A DNA stretch of 64,000 nucleotides from Candidatus Eiseniibacteriota bacterium. GTDB taxonomy: Bacteria; Eisenbacteria; RBG-16-71-46. The notes beneath the pieces are model-generated. The model searched no databases. It was given only the letters and a program-made list of their open reading frames with translations, and was not told the DNA's origin. The stretch spans positions 224,001 through 288,000 of the forward strand of contig OY970342.1 in NCBI GenBank assembly GCA_963717505.1, in the 5' to 3' direction. The stretch's first letter is position 1. Each line of letters opens with the position of its first letter. Of the stretch, positions 1 to 13,584 are shown piece after piece. Both the position numbers and the translations under genes were made by a program.

Positions 1-997
1 CCCGGCGCAGGCGCCCATGAACACGGCGCCCACGATCAGCGCCGCGGTCGCAACCCGTCGCGCCTGGAGCGCGTCGCCCTCGCCCACCGCGTGCCCGACC
101 ATGACTGATGCCGCGCTCGAGACGCCGAGCGGCACCATGAAGGTCAGCGACGCCAGGTTGATCGCGACCTGGTGGCCGGCCACCGACTCGGTGCCGAACC
201 AGCCGGCGAGCAGGGCGATCACGGCGAAGGCGCCGAATTCGAGCGTGAACTGGATGCCGATCGGCGCCCCAATTCGCAGCGTGCGCCACATCGGGCCGGC
301 GCGCAGCGTGTCGCGATCGACCGGCAGCAGAATTTCCCTCAACCGCCGCCAGGTCAACGACACCAGCAGAACCAGCATGAACCAGCGGCCGATCACGGTC
401 GCCAGCGCCGAGCCGGCCGAGCCCATCGCCGGCGAACCCAGGTGCCCGAACACGAAAGTCCAATTCAGTCCCAGGTTCAACAGGTTGGCGGCGACGATGG
501 TGATCACGATCGCCCCGACCTGGCGCATCGCCTGCAGGCTCTGGCGCAGTACGACCACCACGAAGAACGGCAGCATGCCCGGAATCGAGATCCAGACGAA
601 CCTCGCGGCCAGCGGTACCACGTCGGCCGGCTGCCGCAACGCACCGAGGATCACATCGGCCGGCAGGCACAGCAGGGCCGCAGGCAGACTGAGAAGCACG
701 CCCGAGCGCGACCCCGCGTTGTACGCCGCGCGCGACCGCGCGCGTGTCGCGGGCGCCGACCGCCTGCGACACGATCGGGTCCACGGACATCAAGCAGCCC
801 ATGCCGAACGCTGCCAGCCCGAAGAAGTAGAGATTTCCGAGCGCGACAGCGGCCAGGTCGCGGGCCGAGACCCGCCCGACCACGATGGTGTCGACCACGC
901 CCATGAGCATGAGCCCGACCTGGACGGCGACGATCGGCACCGCGAGCCGGAAGAGCGCGCGGGTGTCGGCGGCGGTGGGCAGGAACGTGCGGAGCAT
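1..997 (-). CDS. MATE-family (NorM-like) efflux transporter; runs off the window start; one frameshift near 701-703
   Basis: Not in the ORF track. My minus-strand translation from ATG 997 reads MLRTFLPTAADTRALFRLAVPIVAVQVGLMLMGVVDTIVVGRVSARDLAAVALG...VSQAVGARD, a typical MATE N-terminus. An extra G in a GGG run shifts the frame to VLLSLPAALLCLP. Confidence 0.85.
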   Translation of the reverse strand, partial: MLRTFLPTAADTRALFRLAVPIVAVQVGLMLMGVVDTIVVGRVSARDLAAVALGNLYFFGLAAFGMGCLMSVDPIVSQAVGARDTRAVARGVQRGVALGRASQSACGPAVPAGRCDPRCVAAAGRRGTAGREVRLDLDSGHAAVLRGGRTAPEPAGDAPGRGDRDHHRRRQPVEPGTELDFRVRAPGFAGDGLGRLGAGDRDRPLVHAGSAGVVDLAAVEGNSAAGRSRHAARRPDVAHAANWGADRHPVHARIRRLRRDRPARRLVRHRVGGRPPGRDQPGVADLHGAARRLERGISHGRARGGRGRRAPGATGCDRGADRGRRVHGRLRR

Positions 998-1075
998 GGG
1001 CCGGGAGTGGTCTCAGAACCGGCCCGGCCGGCGCAACTCCTGTTCGTCCGCCGCCCCTCGGCCGTAGGTGCTTTC

Positions 1076-1849
1076 ATGGGACGTATCCTCCTCGAGCTTC
1101 GTGCCCGCTGGTCGGCCCACTTCGCAGACTGGGAGTGTTCAGGCGGCCATTACGATCGGGCCGAGCGCATGCTACGGGCCGCTCTGGCGCTGGCCGAGCG
1201 CGCGGGGTCGGATCCTTCGCTGCGCCTGGCGCTGTTCAACAGCCTCGGAGTCGTCCACAAGTACCAGGCACGTTACGCAGACAGTCGACGAGCCTACCGC
1301 GAGGCACTCATGATCGTGCGCGCCCAAATCGGACGCGAGCACCCTCTGCCCCCGGCGCTCTACCACAACCTGGGCGGGCTCGAGCACGCACGCGGGAGAT
1401 TCGCGCGTGGCGAAGTGCTGGCGCGCCGCGGACTCGCCCTGCGCGAGCGCGCGCTGGGTCGCGAGCACCTCGACGTGGCCCGCGATCTGGAGGCGTTGGC
1501 CGCCATCGTGGATGGGCGCAAGCGGCATCGTGAGGCCGAGGCGCTCCACCGGCGAGCGCTCGCCATTTTCCAGCACCGACTTCGGGCCGAGCATCCGGAT
1601 ACGGCCGCCGCACTCGCCAATCTGGCGGCGTGCCTTCACTTCCAGGGGCGCTCGACCGAGGCCGAGTGTGTAGGCCTGCAGGCCGTGGCCATGAGCCGCA
1701 GAATCCTGGGCGCGACCCATCCCGAAACCCAGGCGGCCGAGGCGAATCTTGCCGTCATCCAGAGCACGCGCGTCCCCGGCCGCGGCTCCGAGGAAGTGGG
1801 GCCGACCCTCGGGGCGCCGCTCGGTTCGCCCGCGCCGACTCGGCTGTAA
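1076..1849 (+). CDS. Tetratricopeptide-repeat protein (TPR_10/12, kinesin-light-chain-like repeats)
   Basis: C-terminal part of ORF 17..1849, from ATG 1076. Repeats: NSLGVVHKYQARY, HNLGGLEHARGRF, ERALGREHLDVA, RAEHPDTAAALANLA, ILGATHPET. Confidence 0.8.
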   Translation: MGRILLELRARWSAHFADWECSGGHYDRAERMLRAALALAERAGSDPSLRLALFNSLGVVHKYQARYADSRRAYREALMIVRAQIGREHPLPPALYHNLGGLEHARGRFARGEVLARRGLALRERALGREHLDVARDLEALAAIVDGRKRHREAEALHRRALAIFQHRLRAEHPDTAAALANLAACLHFQGRSTEAECVGLQAVAMSRRILGATHPETQAAEANLAVIQSTRVPGRGSEEVGPTLGAPLGSPAPTRL

Positions 1850-1936
1850 GGCTGCCGGCGCGCAGCCTCGTACTCCTGCGCTGATCGGCAAACACAGCGG
1901 ATTCCCAGAGCCGCAGCCGGGGGCTAGAATCGGCGT

Positions 1937-2545
1937 GTGCCGCCCCCTCCCGAAAGGGCTGATCCTTCGACGACCAGCCCGGTGCTCTCGACCCGGGAAC
2001 TCCTGCGACTCGCCAAGGACGGCGACTCGCTCGCGCAGGAGCGTCTCTTCGCCCGCTACCTGCCCCGTCTGGCCCGCTGGGCGAGCGGCCGCCTGCCGAT
2101 GTACGCCCGCTCGATGCTCGACACCTCGGATCTGGTCCAGGAGACCCTGATGCGGGTGTTCACCGGGCTCGATCGAATCGAGGTCCGCGGGCCTGGTGGT
2201 TTCCAGGCCTATGTTCGCCAGGCGGTGCTCAACCGTATCAGGGATGAAGTGCGGAAGGCCGCCCTGCGGCCCGGCCCGGACGGAGTGCCCGAGTCGCTGC
2301 CGGATCCGGCGGCTTCGCCGCTCGAGAATGCGATCGGCGCCGACGTGCTCGAGCGATTCGAGCGGGCGCTAGCCACGCTGGATGAAGACGATCAAGAGGT
2401 GCTGCATCTGCGCATCGAGCTCGGCTTCGAATACCAGGAGATCGCCGAGATGACCGGACGACCGAGTCGCGACGCGGCGCGCATGGCGGTGCAGAGAGCC
2501 CTGGCGCGACTGGCGGAGGGAATGGCGGTGACTCATGAGCGCTGA
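1937..2545 (+). CDS. ECF-family RNA polymerase sigma factor
   Basis: Region 2 LFARYLPRL...DTSDLVQETLMRVF...AVLNRIRD and region 4 LATLDEDDQEVLHLR..LGFEYQEIAEMTG...RMAVQRALARL. TAGAAT lies 6 nt before the GTG. Confidence 0.92.
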   Translation: MPPPPERADPSTTSPVLSTRELLRLAKDGDSLAQERLFARYLPRLARWASGRLPMYARSMLDTSDLVQETLMRVFTGLDRIEVRGPGGFQAYVRQAVLNRIRDEVRKAALRPGPDGVPESLPDPAASPLENAIGADVLERFERALATLDEDDQEVLHLRIELGFEYQEIAEMTGRPSRDAARMAVQRALARLAEGMAVTHER

Positions 2546-4238
2546 CCAGGACCTGTTCCAGCATCTGCTCGACTCGGTTTCGGACGGCAAGCCGGTCCAC
2601 GACGACGCGGGGCGGAACGCCAGCGAGCCCATGCGCGCGCGGATCGCGGCGGTCCATCAGCTGGCAAGAATCTCCGAGTTCAACCGCCGGCTCCAGCAAG
2701 TACCCGCAACACCCTCCCCCGAGCGATGGGGCGGGCTCGTGGTCCTCGAGCCGATCGGCGTCGGGTCCCGCGGCCACGTGTTCCGGGCCTGGGATCCGAC
2801 CCTCCAGCGCGAGGTCGCGCTCAAGCTGCTCCGCCCCGGATCCGACGAAGGCACGCTCATGGACGAAGGTCGCGCCGCAGCGCGCATCCGCCATCCGAAC
2901 GTCGTCACCGTGCTCGGCATCGACCGCCACGACGGACAGATCGGGATGTGGATGGAGCTGGTGCGCGGCACGAGCCTCGAGCAAGAGGTTCGCGACCGCG
3001 GCGCGCTCGCGGCTCGAGACGCGATCCAGACTCGGACTTCAGATCGCCTCGGCCCTGGCCGCGGTCCACGCCCAGGGGATCCTCCATCGCGACATCAAGC
3101 CGGCCAACGTGATCCGCGACTCCGAGAGTCGGTTCGTGCTCGCCGACTTCGGGCTCGGCCGGCGTTGGAACCTGGAAGCGCTCGAGTCCGCGGCACCCTC
3201 GGGCACACCGATGTACATGGCCCCGGAGCTGCTCGCCGGAGGCCCGGCGACCGAGCGCACCGACGTCTACGCGCTGGGCATGCTGCTTTGGTTCGCGCTC
3301 GCGGGCCGACATCCCTTCGAAGTTGGCTCGCTGGACGAGCTGTCGAGGCTGGCCCGGCTCGGCCCAAGACCCCGGCTCCGCGAGATACGCCCCGATCTCC
3401 CAGAGGCGCTGGTGGCGGTGGTCGAGCGCGCGATCGCTCCCGAGCCCCAGGCCCGCTTGGCGCGGGCTCGCGATTTGGAAGAGGCGCTGAAGTCGGTCTC
3501 GATTCCGGTCGCATCGACGACGCGGTGGCGGGCGCCGATCTTCGCCGCCGCGGCCATCCTCATACTCGTGGTCGCGGCGGCGTGGTTTGCGCTGCGGCCG
3601 TCTGCGCGCAGCACCCCCGACGTGGCGTCGCCGCCTGCCGGAACATTGATTCAGCCCGCGATCTTCGACATCGAAGCCTCGTTCCTGCGGCGCGACTCGC
3701 GAGGCTCGACCCGGCTACTGACCGGGGATCGGGTGCGGCCCGGGGATCGACTGTCGCTCGAGGTCCACGCGACGCAACCGATCTGGGTGTACGTGCTCAA
3801 CGAAGACGAACGCGGCGAGCACTTTCTGTTGTTCCCTCAGCCGATCTTCGACGTCAGGAACCCGCTCACCGCGAATTCCGACATCGTCCTGCCGGGACCG
3901 ATCGCCGGTCGAGAGAACGCGTGGACGGTGACCAGTGCCGGCGGTCGTGAGCACTTCCTGGTGGTCGCCGCGCTCGAGCCAGTGGCCGAGCTCGAGTCCG
4001 AGCTCGCGCATCTCCCGGCCGCCGAGCCCGGTCGGCCGGTTCGCTACGCCGAGCGTGTCGCCGCCCACGATTCAGGTGTTGCGCGGGGTCGGCGGCGTCG
4101 AGGAAGCGCCGGCGGAGCCGACCTCCCCAGCCGGAAGCCGCACGGGCGTTCGATCGCTTCCGATCGCTGGCCGGCCGCGAATCCGAGGTGCGCGGGGTCT
4201 GGGTGCGCCAGGTGGTGCTCGAGAATCCCGCCCCCTGA
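2535..4238 (+). CDS. Membrane Ser/Thr protein kinase with C-terminal DUF4384-like extracytoplasmic domain (frameshifts near 3035, 4055 and 4135)
   Basis: Kinase motifs IGVGSRGHVF, EVALKLL, HPNVV, HRDIKPANV, DFGLG, GTPMYMAPE and TDVYALG are split over ORFs 2535 and 3109. TM segment IFAAAAILILVVAAAWF. DUF4384-like RPGDRLSLEVHATQPIWVYVLNED..HFLLFP. The reconstructed end VWVRQVVLENPAP* stops at 4238. Confidence 0.85.
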
Positions 4239-4442
4239 ACCGCGGCGTCGTGCGCAACGTTCCAACAATTTGCGTTCCCTCCCCCGGGGCGGTCCACCCA
4301 CCCCTTCCACTGGGCGGCCTTCGTCGCCAGCGGCGAATAGGCGCCCGGACGCCGCCGGCCCCCGGGAATAGCGGGGCGGGGCCGGCGTACAGGACTCCGA
4401 ACGGCGCGGTTCCTTGCCCGCCGCGCCGACACGGAGGAAGCC

Positions 4443-5345
4443 ATGAACCGCACCCCCAGCAACCGCACCACGGCCTCGATCCTCGCGGTCGCGGCCCTCG
4501 TCGTGGGCGTGCAGACTGCCTGCGCCTACGAACGCATCGCCCGCACTTCGACCCCGCACTACGAGGTCGACGGCAACCTGGTCGACGTCCAGATCCAGGT
4601 CGACGGGGCGAGCGCCCCCTTCTACTTCAAGCCCGGAACCTGGAATCGTCACTACTTCCAGGCCTTCAAGGGACGCAATTACTCGGTCGTCGTGCGCAAC
4701 AACAGCGCCCGCCGCGTCGGTGTCTTGATCGCGGTCGACGGACTGAACGTGGTCAACGGCGAGATCACCCGTCGCGCCCACGATGAGCCGATGTACGTGC
4801 TCGGGCCCTACGAGCGCGCTGTGATCCGTGGCTGGCGCACATCGCTCGACGACATTCGCCGTTTCGTGTTCGTCGACGAGCATCGCTCGTATGCCGAACG
4901 CTCGGGGAAAGCGACCGGCGACCTGGGCTGGATCCGGGTGCTGGCGTTCCGCGAGAGCGAGCCTTGGCCGCGGCTCAAGCTCTTCAACGATCGGCCCCGG
5001 CCCACGGAAGACGAGCTGGGCGCCAATGAAGGCCGGGACGACTCGAACGCCCCGACCCCGCCGCCGACGGCCGGACGCGAAGAGCCCCGCGCTCAGGCTC
5101 AGAAGGAGTCCCAGGGCGACACGCGCGGGCCCGCGGCGGCGAATCCGGGGACCGGCTGGGGCGAGCATCGCAACGATCCGGTGCGCGAGGTCGACTTCCA
5201 GCCGGTGAACCGGCCGACCGACCACCTGGTCATGCGCTACGAGTACGCGTCCGGACTCCAGGCGCTCGGGATCTACCCGCGCGGCGACCGGACGTGGGAA
5301 CGCGAACGGGGCGAACTGGGATTCGCGCAGCCTCCGCGCCGATAG
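4443..5345 (+). CDS. Secreted conserved hypothetical protein
   Basis: GGAGG RBS, N-terminal signal peptide and a globular core (YSVVVRNNSARRVGVLIAVDGLNVVNGE, IRGWRTS..FVF, GTGWGE). Confidence 0.75.
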   Translation: MNRTPSNRTTASILAVAALVVGVQTACAYERIARTSTPHYEVDGNLVDVQIQVDGASAPFYFKPGTWNRHYFQAFKGRNYSVVVRNNSARRVGVLIAVDGLNVVNGEITRRAHDEPMYVLGPYERAVIRGWRTSLDDIRRFVFVDEHRSYAERSGKATGDLGWIRVLAFRESEPWPRLKLFNDRPRPTEDELGANEGRDDSNAPTPPPTAGREEPRAQAQKESQGDTRGPAAANPGTGWGEHRNDPVREVDFQPVNRPTDHLVMRYEYASGLQALGIYPRGDRTWERERGELGFAQPPRR

Positions 5346-5465
5346 TCCCAGGGACAGGCGTCCCGCATCGAGCGCCGGGTCTGGACGACCCGGCGCTTCG
5401 CGTTTGCGGACGAAGCGCGATTCCTGAGACAGTTACGGACCTCGGCGGCCGCGTACGGGTAATAC

Positions 5466-6476
5466 ATGTTCCATCGCGCCGCCAGAAGGCTTCTCATGAC
5501 TCGATCCTGCCGCTCGTTGTTCTGGGCGGCCTCCATGTTGCTCGCAACGCCATGCCTGAGCCCGCAGGTGGCGCATGCGACCAACCCGCCCGTCTTCCTG
5601 CTCGAGTGGGGCACTCCGGGCACCCTTCCCGGACAGTTCGATCGTGTCGCCGGCATCGCCGTCGATCCCACGGGCAACGTCTACGTCGCGGACTCCGACC
5701 TCGGCCTGGTTAGCAAGTTCACCCCTGAAGGCGAGTACCTGCTCTACCTCGGGTGCTGTTACGGCGAGCTGCAACGACCGATCGGCGTCGCCGCCAACCA
5801 GAATGGCTCGATCTACGTGCTCGACTACGGCGCGCACCGTGTGCTGCGCTACAGCACAGAGGGACTGTTCCAGCTCTACTGGGGGGATCACGGCCTGGAC
5901 CCCGGAGAATTCCACTATCCAACCGACGTCGAGGTCGACCCTGAAGGCAACGTCTGGATCGTGGACCAGCAGAATCATCGGATCCAGAAATTCACCGCAG
6001 ACGGTCAGTTCCTGTTCCTGATCGGCGGCCCCAATTCGGGCATCGGGCCGGGTGAGTTCGGAGCGCCGTTCGGCATCGCGTTCGACGACCACGGCACCGC
6101 GTACGTCTCGGATCAGAACAACTCGCGTATTCAGAAGTTCAACTTGGCCGGCGAGTTTCAGGGTGAGTGGTCGACGCTCGGCTCGGACCTTCTAGGACCG
6201 ACCGGCATCGCCGTGGGCCCGGACGGCAACGTCTACGTCACCGATACCCACAACGAGCGCGTGATGGTGTTCACCGGATCGGGATCTCTGGTCACCGAGT
6301 GGGGCGGCAAAGGGTCGGATCCGGGCCAGTTCGAGTTCCCGGTCAATCTGGCGGTCGACCACCACGGGAACATCTACGTCGGCGACGTCGCGAACTACCG
6401 GATCCAGAAGTTCGGGCAGAAGACGACTTCGGCGAAGCGTGCCTCGTGGGGAGAGGTCCGGCGGCGCTATCGGTGA
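5466..6476 (+). CDS. Secreted NHL-repeat beta-propeller protein with C-terminal SWGxxxxxYR tail
   Basis: Six NHL repeats (GQF..P.GIAVD..GNVYV.D..N.RIQKF) and a signal peptide. Ends TTSAKRASWGEVRRRYR. The start could be 5496. Confidence 0.9.
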   Translation: MFHRAARRLLMTRSCRSLFWAASMLLATPCLSPQVAHATNPPVFLLEWGTPGTLPGQFDRVAGIAVDPTGNVYVADSDLGLVSKFTPEGEYLLYLGCCYGELQRPIGVAANQNGSIYVLDYGAHRVLRYSTEGLFQLYWGDHGLDPGEFHYPTDVEVDPEGNVWIVDQQNHRIQKFTADGQFLFLIGGPNSGIGPGEFGAPFGIAFDDHGTAYVSDQNNSRIQKFNLAGEFQGEWSTLGSDLLGPTGIAVGPDGNVYVTDTHNERVMVFTGSGSLVTEWGGKGSDPGQFEFPVNLAVDHHGNIYVGDVANYRIQKFGQKTTSAKRASWGEVRRRYR

Positions 6477-6592
6477 CGCCGCTCCACTGGGACTCAGCCC
6501 TCGCTGGTCTTCGGCCGATACCGATGCCGTCACCCGGTCGCTTGTCGATCCTGCATCCACCCACTAGGCTCTCGCGTCCCGTGATACGTCCG

Positions 6593-6928
6593 ATGATCCG
6601 TCGCATGCTGGTGCTCGCGTTCCTCGCCTGGAACGTCCTCGCGCTGCCTTCGCTGTGCAGCTCGGGTGCCCTCGAGCACGCTTGCGCGTGTGGCGTGTCG
6701 GACAGCTGCGGTCACGAAACGCGCTGCGCCGGCGATCCCTGCTCGTTCGCAAGGCCTGCGAACGACGGCAAGGCGACACTGACGCTCCACCATGCGCACT
6801 CGGCGCTCGTGGTTCTGCCCCTCGGTGGGCCCGCGACGACGGCCCTTCGGCTCGCGTCCCGACCTCAGACGCGTCCCCTTCCGCCACCCTCCGCACTCGA
6901 ACCAGGAGCGCGTCCGCTCCTCGCCTGA
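6593..6928 (+). CDS. Small Cys/His-rich exported protein upstream of czcCBA (CzcI/DUF2946-like)
   Basis: MIRRMLVLAFLAWNVLALPSLC..EHACACGVSDSCGHETRCAGDPC...HHAH...RPLPPP. It sits directly before the HME-RND operon. Confidence 0.6.
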   Translation: MIRRMLVLAFLAWNVLALPSLCSSGALEHACACGVSDSCGHETRCAGDPCSFARPANDGKATLTLHHAHSALVVLPLGGPATTALRLASRPQTRPLPPPSALEPGARPLLA

Positions 6929-7032
6929 TTCCCGGCGCCGTCCCCGCCCTTCGCGGCGCGGGACGTGAGTCCTGCTCGCGCGCGGCAGCACGGTCGTTCT
7001 GCCGCGCACCACCGCACACCGGGAATCCCCTC

Positions 7033-8328
7033 ATGAGTCATTCTGTCCTTGTCTTTGTCTTGGTCTTGGGCATGTCGTTGTTCGCGCAGACTGCGTCGGG
7101 CCAAGCGCCCGCCCCCAGCCCACCACCGCCGGAGATGCCCCGCGACCTCACGCTTGCCGGCGCGGTCCGGCTGGCGCTCGAGGCCAACCCCGGCCTGCGC
7201 TCGCTCGGCCTCGAAGTCCGCAGGGCCGAGGGGCGAACGCGTCAGGCCGGCGCGTGGCCCAATCCCGCGCTGGCCTTCGATCTCGAGAACGCCGGCGGCA
7301 CCTTGCCCGGCCTGTCCGAGTCCGAAGCGACTTTGTCGGTCGGACAGCTCCTGGAGCTGGGTGGCAAGCGTGGCGCCCGGGTCGATGCCGCCCGCGCGGA
7401 CGAACGGGTCGCGAGCATCGAGGTCGACGCCGGCCGGCAGGCGCTGATCGCCGAGGTCGCCACCCGCTACCTCGAGGCCCTGTCCGCCGATCGAGCCCTG
7501 GCTCTGTCCGACGAGGTCGTTCGCGCCGCGGAAGAGGCGTCCCGGACGTTCTCGCAGCGAGTCGCCGCGGGCGGATCCCACCCGGTCGAGAAGCGTCGAG
7601 CCGACGTCGAACTGGCCAGCGCCAAACTGGATCGCATCGAGCTCGAGGTCGAAACGCACCTGGCCCGCACCCGGCTTTCGTTGCTCTGGGGTGAAGGCGA
7701 ACCGCGCTTCGAGAATCTGCTCGGCGCGCTCGACAGCCTGCCCAATGCGCCGGACGCCGACTCGCTGGCGCACCGCGCCGAGACCTCGCCGGCGCTCGCC
7801 CGCTGGGCCGCCCTACGCGAAGCGCGACGCATGCGCCTCGACCTCGAGCGCGCCCGCGGGACGCCTGACCTGACCGCCGAGGCCGGATTGCGATCACTCG
7901 AAGGCAGCGACGATCGGACTTTTGTCGGCAGCCTGTCGATGCCACTTCCGATCTTCGACCGCAATCGCGGCAGCATCGATGAGGCCACCGCGGCGCTCGA
8001 GCAAACGTCGAGCCACGAGGCGATCGCGCGGCTCGAGATCCGCCGAGCAGTCGGCGAAGCCTTGGCGACCCTGCGGCGCGAGCATCTGCGGCTCGAGTCG
8101 CTGCGCCGCGACGTGCTGCCGGAGGCCGCCCACGCCTTCGAAGAGATGCGTCTGGGCTTCGAACGCGGCCGTTTCACATACCTGGATCTGCTCGAAGCAC
8201 GACGAACCTGGATCCGCGCCCGGCGCCAGGAACTGGCCACGCTGCTGGCCGGGCACCTGGCGGTCGCAGAGATCGAGCGACTGATCGGCGGTCCACTCAC
8301 CGCGTCGCATGGAGGGTCCCAGGAATGA
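7033..8328 (+). CDS. czcC: TolC-family outer membrane factor of a heavy-metal RND efflux system
   Basis: AVRLALEANPGL, QAGAWPNP, QLLELGGKRGAR, LSMPLPIFDRNRG, GRFTYLDLLEAR. First gene of a CBA cluster. Confidence 0.88.
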   Translation: MSHSVLVFVLVLGMSLFAQTASGQAPAPSPPPPEMPRDLTLAGAVRLALEANPGLRSLGLEVRRAEGRTRQAGAWPNPALAFDLENAGGTLPGLSESEATLSVGQLLELGGKRGARVDAARADERVASIEVDAGRQALIAEVATRYLEALSADRALALSDEVVRAAEEASRTFSQRVAAGGSHPVEKRRADVELASAKLDRIELEVETHLARTRLSLLWGEGEPRFENLLGALDSLPNAPDADSLAHRAETSPALARWAALREARRMRLDLERARGTPDLTAEAGLRSLEGSDDRTFVGSLSMPLPIFDRNRGSIDEATAALEQTSSHEAIARLEIRRAVGEALATLRREHLRLESLRRDVLPEAAHAFEEMRLGFERGRFTYLDLLEARRTWIRARRQELATLLAGHLAVAEIERLIGGPLTASHGGSQE

Positions 8329-9297
8329 ACCGGTTGCGATGGCTCTCAACGCTCGGGTGCGCGCTCGCGATCCTATCGGCCGGCTGCGCCGGGCGAAGCG
8401 CCGAATCAAAGCACGAAAACGACGACGCTAGAGAAGCGGCCGCACATTCTGAAAGTCATGAGGCGCATGAGGAAGAAAGTTCTCATGTCGAGCTTTCCGC
8501 CGAGGCGCGTGTGGCGTCGGGCATCGAGGTCGAATCCGCCGCGGCACGAACGATTCGCGTGACACTCGATCTCCCCGGAGAAGTCGTTCCCAACGCCGAT
8601 CGGCTCGCGCACATCGTGCCCCGCTTCCCCGGGATCGCCCGCGAGGTCCGCAAGGGGCTCGGGGACCCGGTCCAGGAGGGAGAGACCCTGGCGATCATCG
8701 AAGGCAATCAGAGCATGGCCACCTACGAGGTGCGTTCGCTGATCTCGGGCACGGTGATCGAGAAGCACGTAACGCTCGGCGAGTTCGTCCGCGACGACCA
8801 GGATATCTACGTGGTCGCAGATCTCTCGACGGTCTGGGTCAACATCGCGATATACGCACGCGACGTTCACCGCACCCGGCGCGGGCAGCGGGTCACGGTC
8901 GCGGCGGTCGGCGAAGGTCCCACCGCCGATGGCAGGATCGACTACATCGGATCGGTGGTCGGCGAGTCGACACGGGCCGCCACGGCTCGCGTCGTGCTCG
9001 ACAACGCCGAACAACGATGGCGGCCGGGCACGTTCGTCACTGCGCGCATCGCGATCGCCGAGCAGCCGGCGCGCGGTCGCCGTTCCCGATCGTGCGATCC
9101 AACGACTCGAGGGCCGCGACTGCTTGTTCGTCGAGGAAGGGGACGGTTTCCTCGCGAAACCGGTGAGCTTGGGCGCCACCGACGGCGAATGGATCGAAGT
9201 CCTCTCGGGAATCGAGCCTGGAGAGCGGGTCGTGGTGCGCGGCGGCTTCATCCTCAAATCCGAGCTGCAGAAGTCCGAAGCCGGGCACGAGCACTGA
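8325..9297 (+). CDS. czcB: Heavy-metal RND membrane fusion protein, lipoprotein (frameshift near 9070)
   Basis: Lipobox SAGC, His/Glu-rich N-terminus, VADLSTVWV and WRPGTFV. Continues in ORF 8929 as AVPDRAIQ...IEVLSGIEPGERVVVRGGFILKSEL..GHEH. Confidence 0.88.
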
Positions 9298-9304
9298 GGC
9301 GCGC

Positions 9305-13443
<4,139 letters not shown>

Positions 13444-13584
13444 CGATTCCTCCAGGCCTGAGTTCAAGACTTCGCCCGCGGGCCGCTCGGGCGGCGCGCG
13501 GGGCGGGCTGCGCAATCTAGCCTGCCGCCCCCTCGCGCGCCACGGTGGTGCGGGGCCGGACCGCTTCTGCCGATCACTTGGGAC

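Noticed and set aside
17-1075. N-terminal 350 aa of the 610-aa ORF 17..1849
   Set aside because: It is the antisense shadow of the minus-strand MATE gene; only the part from ATG 1076 looks like a real TPR protein.
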